Position numbers and translations under genes: made by a program. 64,000 nt of DNA from Felis catus (taxonomy: Eukaryota). Below the pieces are notes generated by a model. The model had not been told where the DNA came from. It worked only from the letters and a program-made list of their open reading frames with translations, and did no database searches. Shown here in pieces: positions 51,451-64,000 of the stretch (position 1 is its first letter; the number at the start of each line of letters is the position of its first letter). The DNA lies in the NCBI RefSeq assembly GCF_018350175.1, contig NC_058368.1, positions 170,626,001-170,690,000 of the forward strand, written 5' to 3'.

Positions 51451-51622
51451 ATTTTATTTTATTTTATTTTATTTTATTTTGAGAAAGAGAGAGAATTCCA
51501 AGCAGGCTCCATGATGTCAGCACAGAGCCTGATGCGGGACTTGATCCCACGAACCCTTAGATCATGACCTAAGCAGAAACCAAGAGTTGGATGCTTAGCT
51601 GACTGAGCCACTCAGGTGCCCC
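51451..51622 (-). mobile_element. Can-SINE
   Basis: TSD ctccatct(c/g)tatttt. Confidence 0.9.
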
Positions 51623-51861
51623 TCCATCTGTATTTTGACAACAGTGGCCAGGGAGTGTGGTGAAAGAAAAACTGTGTAGGTGGAAGAGGGACAGAGATAG
51701 AGCTAAAGAGCAGAGGGCAAGCCAGGCTTCACCCTGGTCTACTTTTTGTAGGTCCGTTTACACCTTACCCTATGAGCACCTCCCTGTCCCTGCCTGATTT
51801 CTCCATGCTCCCATTGTCCCACCAGAGCCCAGGTACCTCCCATTTTTCTTATATCTACCCC

Positions 51862-52223
51862 TGTTATGGAGGTATTTGTGTCCCTGCCAAAATTCTTAGG
51901 TTTAGACCTTAACACCCAGTGTGATGATATTTGAAGATAATTAAGGTTAGATGAGGTCATAAGGGTGGAGCTCTCATGATGGGATCTGTACCCCTATAAG
52001 AGGAGCTACCAGAGAGAATACTCTCTGTCTCTGTTTCTTTACCATGTGAGGAATCAGCTGGAAGGCAGATGTCTGAAATCCAGGAAGAGAGTTCTCACCA
52101 GAACCCAATCATCCTGGAGCCCCTGATCTTAAACTTCTAGGCTCCAGAACTGTGAGAAAATAAATTTTTGTTGTTTATGCCATCTAGTCTATGATGTTTG
52201 TTCTGACAGCCGAAGCTAAGACA
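51862..52223 (+). mobile_element. MaLR solo LTR (MLT1A-like)
   Basis: TG...CA termini; gatgaggtcataagggtgg, ctccagaactgtgagaaaataaat, ctaagaca. Confidence 0.85.
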
Positions 52224-53979
52224 CCCTTATGTTCCTTTTCCCCACTTTGATATCTGTCTGACTTTGGTCATAATCTCAGAGTTGGCTTGCTATGTCTCAA
52301 AAATTAACCTGAGTTAATCTACACTAGTGTGGCAAGCAGTGTTTGAGAAAAGTGATGTGCTTCTTCCTTCCAGATGCCCACCATTGTTTTTCTGCCAGAT
52401 ATTGGGGAATGTAGTCCAAAGACTCACTTCACAAGGACTATAGCTCCTGCATTTGGTTTATCTAGGATGGATGGAGCTAACTCTGGGTTGCTGTTATTAT
52501 TTACATGTAGAAATGTATATATGGGCTCCTTATCACATCATGCCTTGCTGGACCCTAGGCTGGGACACTTCTTCTGTGGTCACACTCTTTCTCCCTCTCC
52601 TCTGCCTTCTAGGCACTAGCATCTTGGTATCCATTGTGCATCCATACCTGTTGGCTTTCCAAGGGTCAGTGCCTGCCAGCTCCCAGCACATTATTTCCTC
52701 AGCAGCTGGCACAGGATTGTTTTGTTGCCAGCTGGAAGCTCAGCTATTAAAAAATAAAACTTGGCCCACCTTGAGTATCATATGTTTCCATCAGGAGTTG
52801 GATCTACTTTCTGGCACAACTCACACAATCACTTGGGCACCTCTCTCAGGTCTGAGTACCCAATCTTCTTCTGGGTCTTTGATCACATTTTCACTTGCTT
52901 ATTCCAAATACAATTTCCTTGAGAAGTCTGCTTATGAGTAGTTGAGGGCCAGTTTACCATCACTTCACTTGCTCTTATTGAATTTATTAACCTCTTCAGT
53001 GTTTCCTTAGCACTGGATTGCCTGCTCTGATAGTTGCTATCAGTTTCGTCTTGTAAATTGTAAATTCTCAGAATAAGGTTCATGTTTCTTAGGTTAATGA
53101 GGAGCTGACACACAACACTGAAACAGTGGATATTTACTGCATGGCTTCACATGAGACAATTCAAGAAAAGAGATCATAATATTTGTAAATATTTGACTAC
53201 TGCTCTTTGTATTTCATATACTGAAAAGATTGTTTGGTATAACCTTAGGGTTTTTTTTTTTTATTATCTGCAAACAAAAGAACAATTGGAGTAGTTTAAA
53301 ATAGTTACTGTAGGTGGCCTTTCTGTGTAATATTTACAGGGCTCTGCTTATAAGAAGGATGTTAAAATTAGAAAATATTAATCATTTTGTAGCTTTGAGA
53401 TCTTATTTGCACTAACTTTTAACTCTTTGTCATGAATTCATTATTTTTTTTATTCAGAATAATGCATGCTTCACTGGAAAGTTGAATAACAAGACCCAGA
53501 ATTACTGCAACTTAACTATGATTCAGAAATAAAGAATAGAGTCCTGGAAATCACTTAATGATATTAAAAACTGTATATAGGAAGGAATATTTTAAGGTAG
53601 TCTGTAGTCTGTGTACACTGATCAAGAAAAACATATCACATTGAAGAGACTTCTTATATTTAAATTATGTCACTATTAGTCATACCTAAATATTTATTTC
53701 TCTAACTTGGTACCTAAGTGGTAAAATAAAGAGTGTCTTCTGTTTTCATCATGCATTTCTTTGATAGCTGCTATTAACCGTCTCGTACCTATTAGTTATT
53801 GTTAATGAATGTTTTAAATTGTAATGAGCTTCACTTTCCTCATCTGTAGAATGAAAATACTAGTGTCTTTCTCACATGATTATTGCAAAGAAAAGAGATA
53901 AATTACATGGCTGTATTAAACACAAAATGCCATGCATATTGTGCAATACTTTTAAATTTGAATAATAATAATAATTTTT

Positions 53980-54530
53980 TTTTCTTTACTATTAGCTCCA
54001 GACTATATTTAGATTTCATCAGCTTTTCCATTGTCTTCCAGGATCTAATCCAGGCAATCCCATTGCATTTAGTTGTCATGTTTTCCCTGCCTTCTCTGCT
54101 ATGTGACAACTTCTCAGTTTTTCCTTGTTTTTCATGACCATGATAGTTTTGGGGAATGCTGGCAGGTATCCTGTAGAGTGCCCCCAAGTCTAGATTTGCC
54201 TACTGTCTTCCCATATGATTAACTGGGATTATGAGTTTTTGGAAAGAATATCATAGAGGTGAAGTACCTTTCTTGTCACATTGTATCACGGGTACATGAT
54301 ACCACATGATATCACTGATGATAGTAACCTTCATTACTTGGTTCCCATGGTATTTGTCAGGTTTCTCCACTCTACAGTTACTGTTTATCCCTTTCCCTTC
54401 TCTATCTAGTCTTTGGAACTAGTTCACTAAGTCTAACCCACTCTTGGGAAGGAGGGTGATTAGGCTCCACCTCCTGGAGGGAATAATATCTACAGATATT
54501 ATTTACAGTTCTTCTGTATGGAAGATCGTA
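53980..54530 (-). mobile_element. Old L1 (L1MC-like) 3'UTR fragment
   Basis: ccaggatctaatccagg...cattgcatttagttgtcatg. Confidence 0.6.
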
Positions 54531-55601
54531 AACTATTATTTCATCACTGATGAGTTCTTATATGTATATAAAGTAGTGGAACATCTCAAGTAATTTTCCA
54601 AAATTCTTGTAAAAATATACTGCCATTATAGATCATGCAGTTGGAACTGTATTAGACAGTTGTACTAAACAGTTGGGAATTTACTTTGAATTTGGTAGAA
54701 GAAGCTGTCCCTGGAACTTTGTGCTTGGACAATGAAGCATATTATTGATGAGGACATACGAGATGAGGAGAGGTACATAGATAATGGTTCTCTTCTGTGT
54801 TCAAAAACAGTGGTAGTATGTCAAGCCTGAAATTGTGAAAACAATGAAGATGTTAGGATTGTCTCCTGTGCCTACATGTACATGACTACAATATGCATAC
54901 ATCTAGATCATTCTTAAGATTTTGATTTAGGTTTGCAGGAGCATAGAGTGGATAGCACCTTAGAAATCAACTAGTCCAGTGTTTCTTTGACAGGTGAAGA
55001 AATTGAAGCACAGATAGGACTCATGTCTTACTCAGCACTCCAAAGCTGGTTAGTAGTAGAAATGGGACCAGAACCTTGGTCTCTGCACTCTGACTCTGGG
55101 ACACACTTCCTTTCCTCACAAGTGCCATTTGCAGAAACCTGGGCCTAAACCAGTATTGGCTTTTCCTCCTTAAACTTCCTTAGTTATTTCAGAATACAAA
55201 ATTTCTTATTGCCAAGAAGCTGTTACAGGTTGTGATTTTTAAATTTGCACTATTTCCTTTCTTATGTTTTTGCATTTTTTTGCATTGTTTTGCAGAGGAT
55301 ATGGTCTTAAAAATTAAAATGTAACAAAAACTATTAAACACCGGGTAATATTTTACACTTGATTTCTTTCACGTTTTGGGCAGTATTTGTTCACCTTGTA
55401 AAAAAAACTTCTGTCCCTAAGTGTGTTGAAGTCACATTTAAGATTCTAGTATGCATGCCAGAGTACATTCTGTTCCTGTTTGTGAGTAATTTTTGGGACT
55501 AGGATTCTCATTCTCATACAGCTAATTGAAGAAATCAGTCAAAATGTCATTGCTGCACCCACTTAAAAAAGGCTATCTACATTAAAATATAACATGAAAT
55601 A

Positions 55602-56186
55602 TACACTAGCTTGAAGACATATATGCACACCTATGTTCATTGCAGCATTATTTACAATAGCAGTCTAAGTGTCCATCACTTAGTGTTCATCAGTAAATGA
55701 ATGGATAAAGAAGAGTTATATATATACAAAGTAGAATATTACTCACCCATAAAAAGAACAAAATCTTGCCATTCACATCAACATGGGTGGACCTAGAGGG
55801 TATTATGCCAAATGAAATAAGTCAGGCAGAAAAATAAAAATAGCACATGAATTCACTCACACGTAGAATCTAAAACACAAAAGAAACAAAACAAATAGAC
55901 TCACAAGTACAGAAAATGAACTGACAGTTGCCAGAGGGTGGGATGGGGTATGGGCAAAATAAGTGAAGGGGATGAAGAGGTACATATTTCATTTATAAAA
56001 TCAGTAAGTCATGGAGATATAATGTACATTATAGGAATATAGTCAGTGATATTGTATAACTTGTATAACTTGGTAACTTGATGTATAGTGAGGATCATTT
56101 TGTAATGTATAAAAATAACAACTATGACGTACTCCTGAAATGAGTAGGATATTATATGCCAGTTATACTTTAATTAAAAATGAGAA
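55602..56186 (+). mobile_element. 5'-truncated L1 3' end
   Basis: atgttcattgcagcattatttacaatagc...; TSD aaaa(t/c)ataacat(g/a)aaata. Confidence 0.85.
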
Positions 56187-57237
56187 AAAACATAACATAA
56201 AATAAATCACCTTTATTTGTTCTTCCTGACTGCAGGGAATTGGAATGTTTGTGCAGATGGATTGATTAATACAATACCCCAATATGTAGTATACTTAAGT
56301 GAAAAAATTACATGGAGGTGTCTTTATGGTAGCTCCACATGTCATGAGACCAAGCCCATTTTCTTATTGACAGTGATGATCAAATGTATTTATAAGAGAA
56401 ATATATTGGATGTTGATTTTTAATTTTAATTAATGCTGGTAGCCCCTGATTTACATTAAATAAATATTCTTGTCTTTTCTTTTTTACCCTAATAATTTTG
56501 CTGACTACAGTGGTAGGCTGGCAAGTTGGGTTTTAAACTTAACTTTTAGGTTTTGGCTGATAAGAAAAATATTTTTAGCCATTATTGATAGAAATAGCAG
56601 TTTTCATTATCAGTAACAGGGAAAATTGTGTCAATGTCTTATTTCTCTTGCTCACATGCCTATATCTAAGCCTGTGCTGAAGGGCTGCATACTCTCATAG
56701 TAGTCAATGCCACGTGTTTGCTTCCTCTCTTGATCTACCTTCTCTGACATGAGTCCGCACTGCTACTTCCTTATTCCTCAAACATCTTTGGTCTTGTTCT
56801 TATCCTCATTCTTCCATTAAAAGTGAACGTTGAGTTCCATTTGACGTCCACCTCCCAAAGTGATTCACTGATCTCACTTTTTAAAGCTCTTAACTGCCTG
56901 TGAATTGTTGATAACAGATTTTTCCTTGCCCTTTTTAAAGCCAGAAGATAACCATATTTTCTGTGCCATGAAATGCTGAACATTCATGGACAAAGTTTAC
57001 TCATGTAAAATAACACCACAAAACCTCTATCAGCTGTGTATATCATAAATAATCATGTGGTTATCAATTGATATCAATCAAGTTATCAATCCCAAGAGTA
57101 AATGGTTCTCACAAATAATTTTAATTTGTATAACTTGTGTTCAGCCAAATCACAGTTTTAGTTTTTTCTTCTATCTCTGTTTATAAAGAGCCATCACTGC
57201 TGATGGCTTTTCCTGCCACTATGTAACTTCAATGCAT

Positions 57238-57378
57238 AGACCTCTCTGCCTGTATTTTAGGACTACATGAAGCTCCTGAAACTGCAAGCTAAATTTTTTG
57301 TGTACAAGACCTCTCTGCCTGTATTTTAGGACTACATGAAGCTCCTGAAATTGCAAGCTAAATTTTTTGTGTACAAGA
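57238..57378. repeat. 69-bp tandem duplication (2 copies, 1 mismatch)
   Basis: agacctctctgcctg...tttgtgtaca occurs twice. Confidence 0.95.
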
Positions 57379-58329
57379 ATTTTTCTGAGGCAAGTTACCA
57401 TAGCTTTCATCAAATTTTCTAAGATATTTAAGAAGCCCTACTGTTCAAGGTTCATCCACACACATATTCTTACATATGCTAAGAACAGTTGGATAGCATG
57501 AGATTTGTATTGACCTAATCATTTAGGAGACTTTTTTCCCTCTTTTGCTGCCCTTCCAAGTTCATCTATATCCCCCTGTAGAGCTTTCTGTATTTTTATA
57601 TTCCTAGTTTTTCTTCTTCTATGTTTCCTTTTATTACTTAGGATGCTGTTATATGCAAGTATAATTGAACAAATACATATTGAAACACCAAAAGAAACCC
57701 AGCTCAGATTGTCTTCAACAATGGATTTTTTGGCTAAAGTTACTAAAGAATAGAGAGTGTTCAGCTTTTACATGTGATTTGACTTGGGCCCAGATTTATG
57801 TCTCTACATTTCTTTCATTTTAGCCCTCCATCCTACATCTATTGCCTTTGTCCTCATGCCAGCTTCACTCACGGTAGCAAAATGCAGCAGTTGGAGTCCT
57901 TATGTTGGCAACCAATCATCATCATCCAGTCCAGGAGGTTCTTCACTTCCTTCTGTCCTTAAATGAGCAGAACCAATCAGTTTGGCCAGGGGGATGTCTG
58001 TGCACTAAAGGACATAGGCCTGTTGTTACCACCATACCTGAACAAGTCCCAGAGGCAAAGGGGAAGAGTGTTCGGTTTATGGCACTCAGGGTCTACTTTT
58101 AAAGACTTTAGCAAGTCCAACTTGGGTGTGGGTGCTAGTATGAAATATGTTGAGCAGCAACTAACAATATTTATTACATCCCTTAAATTGAGTTCTGACA
58201 TACAGTTCTGACATGTACTGTCCCACAGCTCCACACTTATACTATGGAGATAGGATTTTACTGCTGTAGAAGATGGGAATTTTGGTGTTCCCTGAAGAAA
58301 GTTATATGAAATATCAGTTCTCGGGATGT

Positions 58330-58806
58330 TTTTACCAGTCAGAGGTTTACCAGAGAAACAGAAACAGCAGTTAAAACACATACACACATGCACATGCATG
58401 TACATTTATTTACTTTACTTTATTTGAACATTATTCGTATTAAATTTTATTTACTTGTTTTTTTTAATTTATTGAATTTATTTATTTGAAGGCATTGGTT
58501 TATGTGATATGGAGGCTGCCAAGCCTGAAATCCCTAACACCGGCAGGCGAACTGGAAACATTTGGACAGGAGCTGATGCTGTAGTCTTGAGGTGGAATTT
58601 CTTCCTCAGGGAAACCTCAGTTTTGTTCATAAGGCCTTTCAACTGATTGGGTGAGGCCCAGCCACACCACTGAGGGTAATCTTCTATACTTAATGTCACC
58701 AAATTGTAGATGTTAATGAGATCTACAAAATACCTTCACAGCAACATCAAGACTAGTGTTTAACTGAATAATAGCCCAACCAAGTTGATCTAAAATAACG
58801 ATCATA
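58330..58806 (-). mobile_element. ERVL LTR (MLT2D-like)
   Basis: ccagagaaacagaa...ttcctcagggaaacctcagt...caaaataccttcacagcaacatc. Confidence 0.8.
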
Positions 58807-59524
58807 GATGTTAATAATTGTAAGATCAAAGAATGCTTGTGTGGTTAAATAAATTAGAGAGGTGTTACATTAGACATTGTTCTAGGACTTTTCATTCTTT
58901 AATGTGCTTAAGTACATTGAGTTTTTTAACTATTTCTCAAACTTACTTGATCAAGGACATTTTTTGTTTCCCTAAAGAATATCTCTCACTGGAGTAGTAT
59001 TTCACAGAATACATTTTGGAAAACACTGGATTAAACTGTGACTAGGAAGAAGAACTTTACTGTAATTATGGGCAGTTTTATTTGTATGTTTCTGTTGTTT
59101 GTACTCTTAAATGTATTAATGCATATTCCTCTTCCTCTGTTAAATTATAACCCCCTTTTGGCATCACATTTTGTGTCTTCACAAAGCAGAAATTCAATAA
59201 CATTGACTGAGAAATTCTTTGATAAATGAATGCTTGTTAAGTCCTGGGTTAATGATCTTTAAATTTGCTCAGAGCCATCACTTGCCTTGGAAGATATTAA
59301 ACTGTAATGGCTTTAAAATGTTTGCTGCCCTTTAGAGATTTTCTCATTGCATAGAACCAGCCAGTAAGATTAAGCAGGTTCTATGTCATGGGCATAATAA
59401 GCCTCATCTAATCACTTTACTTTTTAATGTGACAGGCTATACCTTTGTTCCACTTAAGAGATTATTTCAATCCATAGAAAACAAGAAAAAGAACAGAACA
59501 GGTTATGGTCTGAAAGCAACTCTG

Positions 59525-59625
59525 CTTTTGTTTTGTTTTGCTTTGTTTATTTTATTTTATTTTAGTTTATTTTAGTTTAGTTTAGTTTAGTTTAGTTTAG
59601 TTTAGTTTAGTTTAGTTTTGTTTTA
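59525..59625. repeat. Compound (TTTTG)/(TTTTA)/(TTTAG)n repeat
   Basis: Direct observation. Confidence 0.9.
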
Positions 59626-60703
59626 CTGCCCCTTCACAGTACCCAGCATATTGCTTTACTCTCAGTGGTGCTTGGTATATTTCAAGCCTGACTCTTAGAA
59701 GAGAAAAAAATTTCCTCTCAACACTGCTTAAATCCCTTCTTCTTGTGATATATAATGAGATCAAACAGATCTGAGATTTGCTTTTAGCCTATAACCTATC
59801 ATAATGGCCTGTGGTCTAGAGATAGTCTAGATAGTCTAGATAGTCTAGAGTCTTAAAGACTCTTAGAGACTTAAAGTCCTGGCTAAAGACTCTGACCAGT
59901 AATCATATCATGCTGTGGATAGATCCATTTGCCTGGAGGGGAGTGGAGCATGAAAGACAGAAGTGATGATCTCCTGCATGTCCATGGCTGTATCTTAGCT
60001 CCCTTCCAGATCCTCAGAGCTGCTGCCTATATAGGAAAGGGGCCACCCTAACCTGTTTGCATGGATGTTGTGAATAAGCAAAAATACTTTTGGAAAACAA
60101 GTCAAAATTTAAAGTCTGATTTAATTAGAAAGGATCTTGTTGTATCTGAAGAGATTATTGTTTTAAAATAACCAGTTTTGATTGAATTCAAAAGATTACT
60201 TAATAGCCAGTTTGTGTGCAGCCATGAAAAAAGTGGGCATATTAGTTTCTTTTCCTTGCTAGACAAAAGAAAAAGAGGCTTTAAAGCTATCCTTGGCCAT
60301 GAAATTGGGATAAAGGTCGACCTTATAAAATTTAGATTTCTTCCTCCCAAAGACAGAGACAACCCCAAAATTATCTGCATTGTTTGAGAAATAGCTTGAA
60401 AACTGAAAACACCTCGCCTTAAAAACTTTCTTCCCATATTACAAAATGAATAAATATTATTATGTTTTATATATAGAACAATATATAAACATATCTATAT
60501 TTACTATAAAAATATTTAAATGTATTAAATATCTGAATAATTATAAAATAATAAATTCATTTTGAGTGTAGAAATTTTGGAAATGACAGATAAATAGAAG
60601 GCAGACAATAAAAATTACTTTCAATTCCATTACCCAAGAATGATCACTGTTCACATTATGTTTAGTTCTTTTTGTAGTTATATATGTGTGTGTCACTGTT
60701 TTC

Positions 60704-60922
60704 TTTTTTTTTTTTTTTTCAACGTTTATTTATTTTTGGGACAGAGAGAGACAGAGCATGAATGGGGGAGGGGCAGAGAGAGAGGGAGACACAGGATCAG
60801 AAACAGACTCCAGGCTCTGAGCCATCAGCCCAGAGCCCGACGCGGGGCTCGAACTCAGGGACCGCGAGATCGTGACCTGGCTGAAGTCTGATGCTTAACC
60901 GACTGCGCCACCCAGGCGCCCC
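60704..60922 (-). mobile_element. Young SINEC_Fc
   Basis: Perfect 17-bp TSD tgtgtgtcactgttttc. Confidence 0.96.
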
Positions 60923-61119
60923 ATGTGTGTCACTGTTTTCACTTATTTATTTATCTCCCCAAACAGTCACTTTATTTTCAGGCCTTAAGGCTAATGTTTT
61001 ATAAATTTAGGAGTATATTGATGATTGATTTTTTCATATGCTTCTATATAATTCATACAAAATATAAAAACATATTTTATATGTTCTTTCATTGGGTATA
61101 CAAAATCACACATTGTAGT

Positions 61120-61345
61120 GTCAGCTGATCTTTAACAGGTCTGTACCATGGGCTGGGCACATTATCCTATATTGTCCTCAACCCTCACAATAACCTGCTA
61201 GGTCGGTACTGTTAACCTGAGGAAGCAAAGGTCTAGGGAGAGCAAGAACAGTTTATGTCACACGGGCATTAAGTGCCCATGGCCCAGGACTGTCTGCTAA
61301 TCTGACTCCAAAGGTTATACTCTTAAAACTATATTATTGCCTCTT
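61120..61345 (-). mobile_element. MIR
   Basis: ccctcacaataacctgctagg...gaggaagcaaagg...tctgactccaaag. Confidence 0.55.
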
Positions 61346-63689
61346 CTCAAGTAAATTCTATGTCAGATTTACTAGGTCCCAGACAGAATTTCTAAGATAT
61401 GAAATTATGAGCAAATTGGCCATGCACACAAATTTGATATTCAGAACTTGACAGAGGTGATTCAGAGTTCTTTCACATTTCAGAGGGATGGTCAGACTAT
61501 ACTATCCAGGGATTTACGAAGAGCCAGGGGAGAGAGTCCTGCCTAGTCCTACCTGATTTGAGGCACAATGCACTTCTTTAAAGAAGGAAGATTTTCTCCA
61601 CAGACTTCAAAAAATTAGGTTTGTTTTTGATAATGAGCTCAGAACAGTATCAGAGGACTCAAATTGGTGACTTTAAGGTTAGCTGATAACAGATTATATT
61701 TTGTTACCCGTTATCATTGCCTATGGGCTCATTATGGGCTTACTTTGTATTTCTAGAAGAATGCCCACATACTGAAGGCTCATGTCCATCTCCCAGTACA
61801 CTGCTTCTCCTTCATAGAGTGTCTCCATCCCTTCAGTGTTCATTTTCCTTCCTCATATCTGCTTCATTCTTCGCCCTTCTCTTCTTACCTGGATCCCACT
61901 TTACCATCTCTGTCTTTTCTTCTTTCTTTTAGTTTTCCATTCTCCATCCCCATTATCCTATGCCTTGACTTCCACTTTATCTTACACTCTGCAATCTTAC
62001 ATCTGCAATTCCTGTGCTAGGCAGTACTCAGTTCTGAGCCCTATCCTTGAGTTTACTCAGATTTTTCATACTCTTTATCGAGCACTTAGCCCTTCAATGA
62101 AGTATGACTTTTGTCAGCCCAACAGCTGCCTTGGCTTTGTAAGTAACTTCTTGGACATTCCTCAGTGTTGCTTGCAGTACTCAGATAAAACTTTAGTTTC
62201 AAGAGTGAAGGGCATTTCTGTATCTTTAAGAAATATAATTGAGGTAGCTGCATTTTATATTTTCCAGTCTTGAGCTGCATTTCATGAAGTGACTTTTGTT
62301 ACTGGTGGAAAGACTTGTGTTGTGAATAATCTGATTATGTTCACTCTTCAACCATGTGTTGTGCTTTACACAAAAGCCTTTGACCAACAGAGTGATATCC
62401 AGTTCATGTTGCACTGACCAAGCTAATTCATTCCAGAGGAGGAACAGGTATCTTTCTTGAAATCTTGCTGTAGGGTCATTTAGTCTAGGAGAGGTCATGT
62501 CTGCATGGCGTTAGAGTTGATTTTGGAAGTAAACAAGGACACTGCTAGTCATATGGAAACCTCCAATACCATAGCAGAAGGGAACTACCTAAAAAGACAT
62601 TGTTCACTGTGTTTGCCATGCCTGCTACATTACAAGGCCAGAAGGAAGGCAGGGCTGGGTTATTTATAGTCTTCTCGTTTAGCTTCTTAAAACAAACAAA
62701 CAAAAAACACAGCTAAGAGGATTCAATTTGAGAAGGCTTTTACTTTTTTCTGTGATTTTTCTGGTGTCTGTTTTTCTTTAATTCTCTCCTTTTGCTTTTT
62801 ATTTTCTCCTTTCTGCCTAGTCTTTCCTTTCCCTTTAATGCTCCTTCTAAATGCCAAATCTAAATAAATAAGAATGTGACATTATAGCTGTGGTGGAAGG
62901 GATGTTTCAATACGTATTCTCTGATGAAGGTTTCCTGGTATAGAAGTACGTTGAGGAAGCTTGTACTTTTCCAGTTCATGTCAGGTGGTGTAAGTATGTG
63001 ACTTTGTGGTATGGAGTTTGGGGTTCACTGACTTGTTTCTTCCTTAGCTCTTCGGTGCCCATGCCTCCTTGCAATAATGAACTCAGATTTGATGGAACAG
63101 GGCAGAGTCCAAACTTACGCATCTGTGTACATTTTCTTTTTCTTTATGCTTATATTTCTTCTTGAGTTGTGCTAGCATGACAGAAGGCATCTGGGCTAGG
63201 GCAGAATTATGGGATGCCAAGGCATAGTCATTATTATAAGATGCCAAGGCACCATCATGTTCACGGCAACTCTGGGAATTACTCCCCAAGTCTGTACTCG
63301 TACACTTTCCAAGAATGTATCTATTTGGAGATGTATTTAAACCTTGTCAAAGTCATTTGTCTTGGCTTCTTCAGTTGATTTATGTGGGGACTCTGATTGT
63401 TGGCTGCTGAAGTACAATCTGTACATGGAGATATAGGACTCATGCTGTAAATAGTATGGCATATCGTAAACCATGAAAGAGTCAGTGCCTTCTTACATAT
63501 TTTTGTTCAGTATGGAGAAGTGTGGAAGAACACAAATAAGACTGCTTCCTTATTTAGGTCCTCATGATATACTCAAGACCAATGTTTTCTTATATATATT
63601 CCCTGGATCTCTCCATTGAACCAGCTTTAATTTGAGAAACACTTTTTGGGAACCAGTGGTTACTAGTGGAGTTAGTAGAAGAAAATCTG

Positions 63690-64000
63690 ATGAGCCTTAC
63701 TTATAGAGCCCACTAAGGACCCCCACATAGTATTTACTTTGGCATAAATATTATTTTGAGCTAAAAGTAATCCAAACCCAGCGGATTGAGAAAAGCTCTT
63801 GACTTCCCCTTCAACTGTCTGCTTATACCAGTAAGAGAGCTATTAACTGAGATTCCTCTTTACCTAAGGAACTTAACTGCATCATAGAGCAACCTTTGTT
63901 TTCCAAACATCTCCTTTCACCTTCCTGCTAATGGTTTTTCTCCTCTTTGTATCCTCAGACCACTTTCCCTTCTCCTTTGCTCCGGTAAGTATCCTGTTGC
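63690..64000 (+). mobile_element. ERV1-type LTR (MER34/MER39-like), truncated by the window end
   Basis: ctttggcataaatattattttgagctaaaag matches the recalled 5' motif of this family. Confidence 0.45.

Larger units (their letters stand above)
37882..64000 (+). other. CAMK4: CAMK4 intron 1 (partial, continues beyond the window)
   Basis: Begins GTAAGG after exon 1. None of the downstream ORFs encodes kinase sequence. Confidence 0.88.

Noticed and set aside
52374..52941. Acceptor-like ttcttccttccag followed by 81-aa and 162-aa ORFs
   Set aside because: No kinase similarity and no convincing paired donor identified.
63195..63255. gatgccaaggca repeated at about 30-bp spacing (CRISPR-like look)
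   Set aside because: Only two or three degenerate copies in mammalian intronic DNA; a small local duplication.

Overview
Mammalian genomic DNA from a carnivore, very probably a felid (the SINEs are SINEC_Fc-type). This is the 5' end of CAMK4. The canonical first coding exon (37721-37881, +) sits in a CpG island at about 37.0-38.3 kb and is followed by 26 kb of intron 1. The upstream 36 kb is intergenic and dominated by transposons: about 20 Can-SINEs, one near full-length but decayed L1, older L1s, LTRs and DNA transposons. Most notable: (1) an intact small upstream coding exon (MSGANNSQ, 37056-37079) that can splice in frame to an acceptor at 37642 and give a CaMKIV-beta-like N-terminal extension, with its own TATA, AP-1 and nuclear-receptor motifs; (2) a recursive-splice-site-like AG|GTAAGA motif in intron 1; (3) a candidate 26-nt LTR-derived frameshifting microexon. 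Repeat family names and boundaries come from recognition by eye and are approximate. No prokaryotic-type systems such as CRISPR were seen.
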